Source: an uncultured Candidatus Obscuribacterales bacterium
GTDB lineage: Bacteria > Cyanobacteriota > Vampirovibrionia > Obscuribacterales > Obscuribacteraceae
Direction: 5' to 3'
Assembly: GCA_964503045.1 (NCBI GenBank)
Contig: CAZCZI010000011.1
Location: 62,895-126,894 of the forward strand
DNA length: 64,000 bases
Shown: positions 17,421-26,275 of the stretch, in pieces
Position numbering within the stretch: position 1 is the stretch's first letter
Layout: each line of letters opens with the position of its first letter
The notes under the pieces: generated by a model
Database searches by the model: none
Seen by the model: only the letters and a program-made list of their open reading frames with translations
What the model was told of the DNA's origin: nothing
Program-made: the position numbers and the translations under genes

Positions 17421-19769
17421 TTAGACGTCCTCGGTGACTTCGTCGCGGTTGATCGCCAGCTCGACCTTGCGGCACAGTTCTACTACTTCCTCGGGCATTC
17501 CTTCGGCTCGAATAAATTGCCGCGCCAAATCGAGCGTGCGCCTAAGGGCTCTGACCACGTCTCCTTCATCATGGTTGGTCATTAGTCTGACTTGTTCCCA
17601 TGTGGCGCCTTGCGCCCACATTTCAGTCAAACCTGAAAACACGGGGCTATATTCGACCGGAATATCGACGTCAAACTCGCGTTGCAGGCGAATTTGTTTT
17701 CTTGCCAGCTGATGCACGTCTTGCAGTGCCATATCGACAGCAGGACTGACTCGTACTCTGATTGCGTCATGCAACCGGCCTTCCTCGTGAACGAGCGCCG
17801 TCAACACGGCTGCCATCTCGTGTGGTCTTAGATGGTTGAGAATGCCGCTAATCGCTACTTCTGCAAGAAACAGCTCGTTGGTTCCTCTGATTGACGCAGT
17901 CATTCTTCCCAATTTTGTTGGGGTGGAGCCATCAAGACATCCCTGCAATCTCAAAATGTCGGTGAGCGCTACAAACGTTCGCCAATACCTTGTGGTTTCG
18001 CGCTCCACGCGCTTATTTATCTCTTTTATGCGTTTTTCCAGTTGAGCGACGCGCTCAGTTTGTTTGCTGCAAGGTTTTTGAACCGGACAACCATGGCACG
18101 GCATGGAATAAGCTTCCGCCAGTTTGCTGTTGATGTCGGATCGAACATCGGTGAGTGCTGATTCACCTGCGTCCTCAGCGGTGGTGGAGGTCTTCGAGAC
18201 TTTGTGTGTGGTTTTGAGACCGCGTTCCATCGACTTGAGCTGTTTGTGTTTTGTGCGAATCGCTTCCAGCCGCTTGGCGTAAAGGGGCAGATCGCCTAGC
18301 TCTGCTGGGCACAGCGGATTTGCCAAACGCTCCAACTCTCTTTTCCATGCCATGGTTTGTTCGTACAGAGGTTCGAGCTGATGGTTGATGAGAAACTGTC
18401 CGAAGCTGTGTTCTATTAAGTCGCGTGCATCTTCTACCGTGTGGCGCTGCAGGAGATTGAGCACCATTCCGTAAGAAGGGGTGAATCTGCTTGCCAGTGG
18501 ATCTGCAGGCGATGAAGCCAGTTTTGCTGCGTCTTCCACAGACTCGAACGGATGATGCAAGACGATGATGTGTCCGACTTCATCCATGCCTCTTCTGCCT
18601 GCGCGACCGGACATTTGCAAAAACTCTGATGCGGTCAAAGTTCTGTGTCCCTCGTCGTCGCGTTTGTAGATTGAGCTGATTATGGTTGAACGGGCAGGCA
18701 TGTTGATGCCGGCTGCCAATGTCTCTGTCGCGAAGACCACTTTTAAGAGCCCGCGTTGGAAGAGTTTTTCCACCATGCCTTTCCAGCTTGGAAGCATGCC
18801 TGCGTGGTGCACCGACATTCCTTCCAGCAGATATGGAAGATGCGGGTGATTGCGCAGGTTGGGGTTTTCGCTGGTGAATCGTTCGACTGCTTTGGCCAGT
18901 TCTTGCTGCTCTTCTTTGCTGACCAGAGGAATGCCGCGAGCGCGCTTCATTGCTTCCTCGCAGCCGCGACGAGAAAAGAGAAAGTAAATTGCAGGCAACA
19001 TGTTGCGCGCCGCCAAAACCGCGAGCACATCACCAGGATTGGTGGCAAATGCAGCCGATGATCTTCGTCTTCGATCGCGATGCACTGGTCGCTGTTTGCC
19101 GAACCGGCTCTTCAAGAGCGAATTGACGACTTTGCCTGGACTGAGAAGAGGATAGATATGGCGATCGCCAAAGTAATAGAACCTGAGTGGAACCGGTCGA
19201 AAATCAGACAGCACCAACCCGGTCGGTCCGTGGGTTTCGTCTATCCATACTGTGAGTTCCTCGGCATTGGCAATGGTGGCAGAGAGCGCAACCAGTTGAA
19301 TGTCTTTCGGGCTGTAGATGATCGATTCTTCCCAGACCGTTCCTCTTTCCGAATCATTCATGTAATGGCACTCATCGAGCACTACGTAGGCGACGTCACG
19401 CAGGTTTTTGCCTACGTCTCCTAAAATCGTGCCGTACAGCATGTTGCGAAACACTTCCGTGGTCATCACCACGATTGGTGCATCACGATTGATTGAAACA
19501 TCCCCCGTCAAAAGTCCGACCTTTTCATCGCCATACTTCTGTCTTAGATCGAAAAGCTTTTGGTTCGACAGCGCTTTCAAGGGCGTCGTGTAATAGCAAC
19601 GCTTGTTGCTGCGCAATGCCATTTCAACCGCGTATTCGGCAATTACTGTTTTGCCTGCCCCTGTCGGAGCGCACACGACGACGCTTTTGCCCTCTTCCAA
19701 ATGTTTGATTGCGTCCAGCTGAAACTGATCGAGTTGAAAAGGAAAGATGTCTTGTACGCTGATTTCCAA
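17421..19769 (-). CDS. helY: Ski2/HelY-like DExH-box RNA helicase
   Basis: Motif I CAPTGAGKTVIAEYA, motif II DECHYMND, SAT motif LSATIANAEE, motif VI QMSGRAGRRGMD, and a C-terminal DSHCT-like region. TTG start at 19769. Confidence 0.85.
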   Translation of the reverse strand: MEISVQDIFPFQLDQFQLDAIKHLEEGKSVVVCAPTGAGKTVIAEYAVEMALRSNKRCYYTTPLKALSNQKLFDLRQKYGDEKVGLLTGDVSINRDAPIVVMTTEVFRNMLYGTILGDVGKNLRDVAYVVLDECHYMNDSERGTVWEESIIYSPKDIQLVALSATIANAEELTVWIDETHGPTGLVLSDFRPVPLRFYYFGDRHIYPLLSPGKVVNSLLKSRFGKQRPVHRDRRRRSSAAFATNPGDVLAVLAARNMLPAIYFLFSRRGCEEAMKRARGIPLVSKEEQQELAKAVERFTSENPNLRNHPHLPYLLEGMSVHHAGMLPSWKGMVEKLFQRGLLKVVFATETLAAGINMPARSTIISSIYKRDDEGHRTLTASEFLQMSGRAGRRGMDEVGHIIVLHHPFESVEDAAKLASSPADPLASRFTPSYGMVLNLLQRHTVEDARDLIEHSFGQFLINHQLEPLYEQTMAWKRELERLANPLCPAELGDLPLYAKRLEAIRTKHKQLKSMERGLKTTHKVSKTSTTAEDAGESALTDVRSDINSKLAEAYSMPCHGCPVQKPCSKQTERVAQLEKRIKEINKRVERETTRYWRTFVALTDILRLQGCLDGSTPTKLGRMTASIRGTNELFLAEVAISGILNHLRPHEMAAVLTALVHEEGRLHDAIRVRVSPAVDMALQDVHQLARKQIRLQREFDVDIPVEYSPVFSGLTEMWAQGATWEQVRLMTNHDEGDVVRALRRTLDLARQFIRAEGMPEEVVELCRKVELAINRDEVTEDV

Positions 19770-19987
19770 GGATCTAATTGGTTGAAAGCCTCATGTGCCG
19801 ACCTGGCATTCCACTACGTATCACTCAGCCGAGTTGAGCAAATCAAAATGCATTGTACCAACTAAAGGCTGTCGGAAACTGGAATCTGGGCTTGGGCTGA
19901 GGATTCTATGAGGAAGATTCTATGAGGAAGGCAGGTGGCAAAATGGCAGTTGGTCGAGATCATATATAATGAGCGAAGCCACATTTT

Positions 19988-20062
19988 CGGGGCGTGGCGC
20001 AGGGGTAGCGCGCACCTTTGGGGTGGGTGAGGCCGGAGGTTCGAATCCTCTCGCCCCGACCA
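19988..20062 (+). tRNA. tRNA-Pro (anticodon GGG), CCA encoded
   Basis: Hand-folded cloverleaf. Acceptor stem CGGGGCG/CGCCCCG. D arm GCGC-AGGGGTA-GCGC. Anticodon arm CACCT-TTGGGGT-GGGTG. Variable loop AGGCC. T arm GGAGG-TTCGAAT-CCTCT. Discriminator A followed by CCA. Confidence 0.92.
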
Positions 20063-20075
20063 TAACAGGAAGCCG

Positions 20076-20115
20076 GAGCCGGAGTCCAACTAATTGGATT
20101 GCCGGCTCTTTCTTA
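20076..20115 (+). terminator. Hairpin terminator downstream of tRNA-Pro
   Basis: GAGCCGG...CCGGCTC outer stem with an inner TCCAA/TTGGA stem, followed by TTTCTTATT. Confidence 0.55.
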
Positions 20116-20122
20116 TTGTCGT

Positions 20123-20158
20123 CCGGTTTTCGGTTTTCGGTTTCCGGTTTCCGGTTTT
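20123..20158. repeat. Microsatellite (CGGTTT/CCGGTTT)n
   Basis: ccggttttcggttttcggtttccggtttccggtttt, five units of 6-7 nt. Confidence 0.9.
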
Positions 20159-20220
20159 GAGAAGTAGGCAAAAACGGGCTAAATTGGCGACCTTGGTGGT
20201 TTGGTTTTTTCGTCTGGTTT

Positions 20221-20332
20221 TTACCTGAACAATCTAGGTAAGCGCCTCCGAACCGTGCTCGTAACCGTATGCCTGGCTTGGCTTTCGGGACTGCGATCGT
20301 CCGCGCTTACATGCTTTGTTCCGCAAAACCTA
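20221..20332 (+). repeat. Copy C of a dispersed ~110-nt hairpin element (GTAAGCGCC...GGCGCTTAC)
   Basis: It shares the 5' TTACCTGAA...GGTAAGCGCC, the internal AACCGTG, and the 3' GCGCTTACATGCTTTGTTC(C/A)GCAAA with the two copies at 31876-32105. The inverted 8-9 nt arms are about 55 nt apart in all three copies. Confidence 0.75.
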
Positions 20333-20378
20333 GCCAGTTAAAAAAGGGCAGGTCGAGGCGTTTTTCAACTGGAAATTT

Positions 20379-20666
20379 TTAGAGAATGACTTGACGTGCG
20401 GCGGGGCGGCGGTGGCCAACCACGCGATGGCGGTTGGGGCACTCGTCCAAGAGTCTCATACCTTTCGCCAATCCTATTGGTCGAATGTTTTCGGAGCTGT
20501 CTGACGCTGTCCGGCGCATGTACGCATAGTTGTTTACGTCGATACTTGGAATGCCTTCAAAGAAGGGGCTCATGTGGATGAATTCGCGAATCTTGAATTT
20601 CAAGATGGTCTTTAAATAATCATCCAGTTCTTCCAGTTCGACTGGTACTTCGGTTGAGCAGAACAT
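20379..20666 (-). CDS. Small hypothetical protein (95 aa)
   Basis: ATG-initiated ORF in an otherwise empty interval with balanced composition. I recognise no motif. Confidence 0.4.
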   Translation of the reverse strand: MFCSTEVPVELEELDDYLKTILKFKIREFIHMSPFFEGIPSIDVNNYAYMRRTASDSSENIRPIGLAKGMRLLDECPNRHRVVGHRRPAARQVIL

Positions 20667-20882
20667 GATTTTTCTATCTGTCCAATATCTGATGTATCAA
20701 GGGGATGCTTCCAAACTCACTCGTACTCTGGTTTTCGACTTATTTGATGTCTGCCGCCAGGCACAAGTGAAGAATGTTAGCAGACCTTAATTGATTGTCA
20801 ACAACGCTCTGGTGAGTATCTTGCGATTTAACGTTAAATCGCCGCTTGATAACCCGCCGTAAAAGGCTGATGAATAGCCGGT

Positions 20883-21953
20883 TTAGACCGTCGCACCCCG
20901 CATGGCGCGCTCAACGTCATCGCGGTTGAGAGCGAATTGGCTGGCGGACTCACTGCTGATTGAACCTTGTTGATATGCTCGCAACACTGCTTCATCCATC
21001 AGCTGCATGCCCACATGTGAGCCGTTGCGGATATATTCGGTTAGTTTGTCAAGTTCACCAAACAAGATTGCCTCTTGCACGGCCTCGGTGTTAATCATGA
21101 TTTCCTGGAGCGCCCGTCTGCCTTTATCGATTGTCGGAACCAACTGCTGGCATATGACGGCCCTCAAGCAATATGCGATCTGCATGCGAACAGCCGCTTG
21201 ATCGCTTGGTTCGAACATGCCCAGTAGTCGTTGAATCGTTTTGACGACAGATGACGTGTGCAACGTCGAGAAGACGAGGAGCCCTGTTTCAGCAGCTTTC
21301 AAGGCTTCCAAAACTGTCTCTCGATCGCGCAGCTCACCCAAAAGCAAAACATTCGGGTCGGCCCTGAGCGCCGATCTAAGCGCCGTGGCAAAGGATTTCG
21401 TGTTGACTCCGACTTCGCGTTGTGTGACGATCGATCGCACCGGTCGATGCACGAATTCGATTGGATCTTCGATTGTATAGATGTGAAGCGAGTCTCGACG
21501 ATTGATGCAATCAATCATCGAGGCAAGCAGTGTCGACTTGCCTGCTCCGGTGGCGCCTGCAACCAAAACGAGACCAGAGCGCAGTGTGGTCAAACGCTCG
21601 ACTACAGGCGGCATGCTGAGATTATCGAGGGTTGGAATCTCAAACGGCACGATTCGCATCGCACAGCCGATTGAGTCCATGTCGCTGTAAACATTCAATC
21701 GCACTCTGGCGCGGTCGGCGTAGTTGAGTGCGACATCCAGTTCCATATTTTCCGAGAAATGCCTCTGTTGCCTTTCGTCCAAGAGGCTCATGATTGCTAG
21801 GTGGAGGGGCTTGTCTTCAAGCGCAGGGAGATCGCTGAGCGTGCAAAGCTGACCGTCGATTCTGAGAACCGGCGGCATGCCCACTTTTAAGTGCAAATCG
21901 GAAGCCTGCCTTTCAAGAGCGATGGCTACGATTTCTTCTAAGTCGACCGTCAT
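20883..21953 (-). CDS. pilT: Type IV pilus retraction ATPase PilT
   Basis: ASDLHLKVGMPPVLRIDGQL, Walker A GATGAGKST, TIEDPIEF, ALRADPNVLLLGELRDRETV, and ETGLLVFSTLHT. The 356-aa length is typical of PilT rather than PilB. Confidence 0.9.
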   Translation of the reverse strand: MTVDLEEIVAIALERQASDLHLKVGMPPVLRIDGQLCTLSDLPALEDKPLHLAIMSLLDERQQRHFSENMELDVALNYADRARVRLNVYSDMDSIGCAMRIVPFEIPTLDNLSMPPVVERLTTLRSGLVLVAGATGAGKSTLLASMIDCINRRDSLHIYTIEDPIEFVHRPVRSIVTQREVGVNTKSFATALRSALRADPNVLLLGELRDRETVLEALKAAETGLLVFSTLHTSSVVKTIQRLLGMFEPSDQAAVRMQIAYCLRAVICQQLVPTIDKGRRALQEIMINTEAVQEAILFGELDKLTEYIRNGSHVGMQLMDEAVLRAYQQGSISSESASQFALNRDDVERAMRGATV

Positions 21954-21957
21954 GCGA

Positions 21958-22725
21958 TCAACAAGTTTCGCTTTGCAGAATCTCTTTTAGTTTGCGAAGA
22001 GCCGTATGAACCGCTCTTGAAACGCCCATTTCGGACAGCCCGAGCACATAGGCCGTCTCCTTCTGGGAGAGATCATAGAAGAAGACGAATTCAACGATTT
22101 GACGTGTTTTTTCGCCAAGCCTCTTGAGTGCTTGCGTAATCAGCTCTCGATCTTCTGACGCGTGTAGAGAATCTTGATATTTTCTGTCAGCCACCAACTC
22201 CGATAAACAGCGTTTGTCGTCGCGTTCATCATCGTCCGTTCCTGCATCTAACGATTCATAGTGTATGCGGGCTTCCCAAGACTGTTGAGCTTCCAAAATG
22301 TCTTGAACTGCAATTCCAGAGTGCTCGGACAACTCGTGCACGCTTGGAGCGCGGCTGAGACTGCGTGTCAGCTTCTCTTCCAGTTGACTGAGTTGAGAGT
22401 TCATCTCGGTCAGCTTGCGCGGAACCTGTACGATCGAGCAATGATCCCGAAGATAATGCCGTATCTCGCCACGAATGTAGCAAGTCGCCAGGGTTTTGAA
22501 GCTCGCTGACCGTGCCCGGGTGGGGTCGTAGTAACGAATAGCCTTCAAAAGCCCGATTGACCCGACCTGGATTAGATCTTCCAGGGAGTCGGGTTGAAAT
22601 TGGCTGTACCGGCGCGCAATCTGCCTAACCAACGGCATGTGCTTGCGCACAATCTCCGAGATTTCAGCCTCGGAGCCGCTTACGAGCAGACTTTGCGTTT
22701 CCTTTTGATTTGCAGAGGTCGCCAC
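21958..22725 (-). CDS. Alternative RNA polymerase sigma factor, SigB/F/G (group 3) type
   Basis: Region 2 DLIQVGSIGLLKAIRYYDP...FKTLATCYIRGEIRHYLRD and region 4 HTH ETAYVLGLSEMGVSRAVHTALRKLK. GTG start. Its stop lies 4 nt before the pilT ATG. Confidence 0.85.
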   Translation of the reverse strand: MATSANQKETQSLLVSGSEAEISEIVRKHMPLVRQIARRYSQFQPDSLEDLIQVGSIGLLKAIRYYDPTRARSASFKTLATCYIRGEIRHYLRDHCSIVQVPRKLTEMNSQLSQLEEKLTRSLSRAPSVHELSEHSGIAVQDILEAQQSWEARIHYESLDAGTDDDERDDKRCLSELVADRKYQDSLHASEDRELITQALKRLGEKTRQIVEFVFFYDLSQKETAYVLGLSEMGVSRAVHTALRKLKEILQSETC

Positions 22726-22895
22726 TGTGGTTGCACCTTTCGTGAGACCCTCTTGCCCCTTGCCGATATTCTTCCCTTGACAACCCCGGTTTAAACCGTG
22801 AGAACCGTCATATCTGCCTCAGACCTTGCTTAACTTCTTCTATTCAAGCTATGAAATTTGGCTAAAATTGTTGATAAGACTGCAGTCAGAGGTTT

Positions 22896-24851
22896 TTGGA
22901 CATTTCCGTCAATCCCATCGTTAAGCTTGCTGCCCGCGTGAGGCACTTCTGGGGTCGCATTTCAGCCCAGAAGCAGTTATTGGTACTCGGGCTGACATGC
23001 ATAGCTGCCCTTGTCACCTTCACGGCATGGCTATGGGTTGCCCGTACGCAGGCAATCATCGACCAATCGGTGCGTCAATTCGGGCTTGCCATGGCGCATG
23101 CCCTGGCCCGTGGCGGCGCTGAGGCGCTGACCCATACCGGCAACCTCGAGGGTCTCAAGTACTACATTCTTACCGAGCGCGGGCAGACGCCGGCTCTGGC
23201 GTATGTCGTCTTCTGCGACAAGGACGGCAACGTTTTGCTGGACCCGACCCCGCAATCGGAGCGGGCTTCAATTTATCCAATCTTCAGGCAAAATCCTGCC
23301 AACTATACGGTTCCCGGGGTCTATCACACAGACATCCCCGGCTATAGATCAATCACTAATATTGCCGTTCCGATGAGAAGGAACAATGAAGAACTCGGAA
23401 TTTGCTGGGTTGGTTTGGACAACCATGACTTCACCATTTTGGGAACGCCCAAAGAGACGCGCTACTTCCTTATGAGCGTGTTCGGATTGGTCGGTCTTTT
23501 GGGTGCGTTGGGTGTGTGGGCTAACTATGCGCTCATTCACACTCCACTGCGCACGTTGTCTCAAGGCGCAACTGAAATTGCCGCAGGACACTTCGGCTAT
23601 CAAATCAAAACCGGGCGTGCCGGGCGTGAAATCGACCAGCTGGTCAACGCATTCAACTACATGTCCAATCGCCTGCAACTCTACGACAAGCACAACGTAG
23701 ACAACTTGATGGCGGAAAGAAACAAATACATCTCCGAGCGCAACAAGTTGGAGTTGGTTTTGATGTCTATTGCCGATGGTGTCGTGGTGCTCGATCGCGA
23801 CAACAAAGTGCAGATCGTCAACCTCGCTGCAACGCAGCTTTTTGCCAAAGAGGCAAAAGAGCTGCTCGGCAAACCGCTCGTATTTTGCACGGAAGGACCA
23901 GACTCGCCGCAAATCTGTCAGGTGGTACAGGCGTTTACGGATACGGTGTCTCCAGGCAGTCTGGAGCCCGTCGAGCAACAAGTTCATTTGGCCGAACTAG
24001 TCGTCAGATTGCACATTGCGCCGATTATCTTGAACAAAGAATTCCTCGGCTCAGTCATGATCATGCACGACATTACGCGTCAAGCCGAACTCGAAAAGAT
24101 GAAAAACGAGTTTATGTCGAACGTCTCTCACGAGCTCAGAACGCCGATTACGTCAATCAAGAGCTATGTCGATACTCTATGCAATCACGGCGAAAAACTA
24201 GACCCGGAAATCTATCGCGAGTTTCTGGAAATCATCGACAACGAAGCCGATCGTTTGATGTACTTAGTCAATGATGTTCTCGAACTCAGTAAGCTCGAGG
24301 AGGGAGATCGAGAGCTGGAGATGGTTCCGACCGAAGTTCATCGTCCATGCGAACGTGCATTGCGCTCACTGAATATGATGGCACGCGATCGCGATATATT
24401 GCTCGAACTCAAAGTCGACGACAACATGCCTCTGATATCGCTCAACGAGGAATCGATAGAGCGAGTCGTCATCAATCTTTTGAGCAATGCCATTAAGTAC
24501 ACGCCGTCAGGCGGAAGCATTACGATATTTGGGAGACTGCACGCAGACCGCGGTGAGATTTCCATTGCCATCAAAGATACCGGCATTGGCATTCCGGAAG
24601 ACGCATTGGCGCACATTTTCGACAGGTTCTATCGGGTCGAGCGCAAGGTGCATACTATAAAAGGAACGGGACTCGGCTTAACCATCGTCAAGAAAATCGT
24701 CGAGAAGCATGGTGGACGCATCACTGTGGAATCAGCCCTGGGCGAAGGCTCCACCTTTACGATATTCCTGCCAATCGACATAGAGGTGGCAATTGCAGAC
24801 GAACTGTCGGTGGTTCCGCCGAGTGAGAGTGCTCACGTGCATAAGAGCTAG
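22896..24851 (+). CDS. Canonical membrane sensor histidine kinase (extracytoplasmic domain-HAMP-PAS-HisKA-HATPase_c)
   Basis: H-box FMSNVSHELRTPITSIKSY, N box VINLLSNAIKYT, G1 KDTGIGIP, F box IFDRFYR, G2 GTGLGLTIVKKIV. HAMP-like EIAAGHFGYQIK...EIDQLVNAFNYM. Confidence 0.9.
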   Translation: MDISVNPIVKLAARVRHFWGRISAQKQLLVLGLTCIAALVTFTAWLWVARTQAIIDQSVRQFGLAMAHALARGGAEALTHTGNLEGLKYYILTERGQTPALAYVVFCDKDGNVLLDPTPQSERASIYPIFRQNPANYTVPGVYHTDIPGYRSITNIAVPMRRNNEELGICWVGLDNHDFTILGTPKETRYFLMSVFGLVGLLGALGVWANYALIHTPLRTLSQGATEIAAGHFGYQIKTGRAGREIDQLVNAFNYMSNRLQLYDKHNVDNLMAERNKYISERNKLELVLMSIADGVVVLDRDNKVQIVNLAATQLFAKEAKELLGKPLVFCTEGPDSPQICQVVQAFTDTVSPGSLEPVEQQVHLAELVVRLHIAPIILNKEFLGSVMIMHDITRQAELEKMKNEFMSNVSHELRTPITSIKSYVDTLCNHGEKLDPEIYREFLEIIDNEADRLMYLVNDVLELSKLEEGDRELEMVPTEVHRPCERALRSLNMMARDRDILLELKVDDNMPLISLNEESIERVVINLLSNAIKYTPSGGSITIFGRLHADRGEISIAIKDTGIGIPEDALAHIFDRFYRVERKVHTIKGTGLGLTIVKKIVEKHGGRITVESALGEGSTFTIFLPIDIEVAIADELSVVPPSESAHVHKS

Positions 24852-25055
24852 TCTAAAGCAAAAATAAAACCGAAATTCACGCACTCAGTAAATGTACTGA
24901 TTTCGCAAAGTATTAGCTCGTTATCATGCATCTTGAAAAGGTCGCAAGTACCCTGTTTGTGGGCGTGGACGCCGTATTTCGAATTTGTCCAAATTGACGG
25001 ACGATAATTCGATATATACCGAACTCCAGCGCGTACTCAGTCGAGGAGACAACAT

Positions 25056-25544
25056 TTGATTCGGGCCATTTACCCTGGTTCTTTCGATCCGATGACGCAT
25101 GGCCATTTCGATATCGTTCAAAGATGCAGCGTGCTCTTTGATGAAGTAATCATGGCTGTGGTCTCCAATCCCGGCAAAGCACCGATGCTTCCGATCGATA
25201 TAAGAAAGAGTCTGATCAGAGATGTGGTGAAAGACCTCAAAGGGGTGAGGGTAGACGCGTTTCAAGGATTAACAGTCGATTATGCAAAAGAAAATCAGGC
25301 GCAAATTCTCATCAGAGGCCTTAGAGCCATCTCGGATTTCGAGGCTGAGATGGCGATGGCCCAAACCAATAAACAACTCTTTCCTGAACTAGAAACTATG
25401 TTTCTCATGACAAAAGCCGAGTATTCTTTTATAAGTTCTTCGACAGTCAAAGAGATCCACCGCTTGGGCGGAGATATCTCTCAGTTTGTTCCACAACCAG
25501 TGAACGAATATCTGAAAGAGCATTTGAGCAGAGGCAACAAATGA
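25056..25544 (+). CDS. coaD: Phosphopantetheine adenylyltransferase
   Basis: AIYPGSFDPMTHGHFDIV signature (T/HxGH), RGLRAISDFEAEMAMA, and ISSSTVKEI. 162 aa. GAGGAG Shine-Dalgarno sequence upstream of the TTG start. Confidence 0.92.
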   Translation: MIRAIYPGSFDPMTHGHFDIVQRCSVLFDEVIMAVVSNPGKAPMLPIDIRKSLIRDVVKDLKGVRVDAFQGLTVDYAKENQAQILIRGLRAISDFEAEMAMAQTNKQLFPELETMFLMTKAEYSFISSSTVKEIHRLGGDISQFVPQPVNEYLKEHLSRGNK

Positions 25545-26275
25545 CCACAATCACCACTGTTCCACCAACAGCACAACAACAACAGCAACAAGCTGCGACG
25601 TACAAGCAAACCACCATCTACAAGCATCTCGATCTGCTCGAGCACTTGATTGATGACGCTGCTGGTGTTTATAAGTTTAAGTTTATCAACGCCGACGAGT
25701 TTCTTGATGTGCTCGATAAGGCGCGGGCGCGCTTGCCGGAAGAGTTGCGCGAAGCTGCAGAGGTTCTGCAACAGCGCGGCGAAATCATCGCCGAGTCGCA
25801 ACGCCGTTCTGAGCAAATCGTTGCCACCGCACGCCGTCAGGCTGAAAATATGCTTCACGAATCTGAATTGCTCAAAGCGGTTCAGGCTGAAGTTGAGCGC
25901 ATTCGTAAGCAAGTTGTCGGTGAAGTCGAGCAAATGCGCCGCGAAGCTTTGGCTGAAGCGGAGCGCATCAGGCTTGAAGCTGAAGAAGATGCAGCACGCG
26001 TTCGCGAAGGCGCCGATCATTATGCCGAATCGGTTTTGAATCGAATTGACAATGACCTGGTCAACTTGGCTCAACGTGTCACTGAGTCGCAAACGATTGT
26101 CCGCAACGGCCAGCGTTTGCTTGGGCAGGTGAAGCGTCACAGCCCTTCGGGCGTGCAAGCCGCCTTGCAGTTGCCGCCTATGCCGCCGATGCCTGCACAG
26201 CCTGCTTCGACTCAGATAACGACTGCTCCATTGACCAGCCCATTATTGGGAACCGGTGGACCGAGAATCGACTAA
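25541..26275 (+). CDS. Coiled-coil protein (ATP-synthase-b/DivIVA-like heptad region) with Gln-rich N-terminus and Pro-rich C-terminus
   Basis: The ATG overlaps the coaD stop (ATGA). It has a long charged helix: RRSEQIVATARRQAENMLHESELLKAVQAEVERIRKQ...EAERIRLEAEEDAARVRE. Confidence 0.55.
   Translation: MTTITTVPPTAQQQQQQAATYKQTTIYKHLDLLEHLIDDAAGVYKFKFINADEFLDVLDKARARLPEELREAAEVLQQRGEIIAESQRRSEQIVATARRQAENMLHESELLKAVQAEVERIRKQVVGEVEQMRREALAEAERIRLEAEEDAARVREGADHYAESVLNRIDNDLVNLAQRVTESQTIVRNGQRLLGQVKRHSPSGVQAALQLPPMPPMPAQPASTQITTAPLTSPLLGTGGPRID

Noticed and set aside
19902-19929. 14-nt tandem duplication GATTCTATGAGGAA x2 upstream of tRNA-Pro as a regulatory element.
   Set aside because: It is too short and isolated to interpret. 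It is noted only within the tRNA-flank finding.
23349-23987. 212-aa minus-strand ORF. The 225-aa ORF at 25481-26158 and the 224-aa ORF at 40845-41519 are similar cases.
   Set aside because: Each is antisense to a gene with strong motif support (the histidine kinase, the coiled-coil protein overlapping the coaD 3' end, and the methyltransferase), and none has recognisable features.
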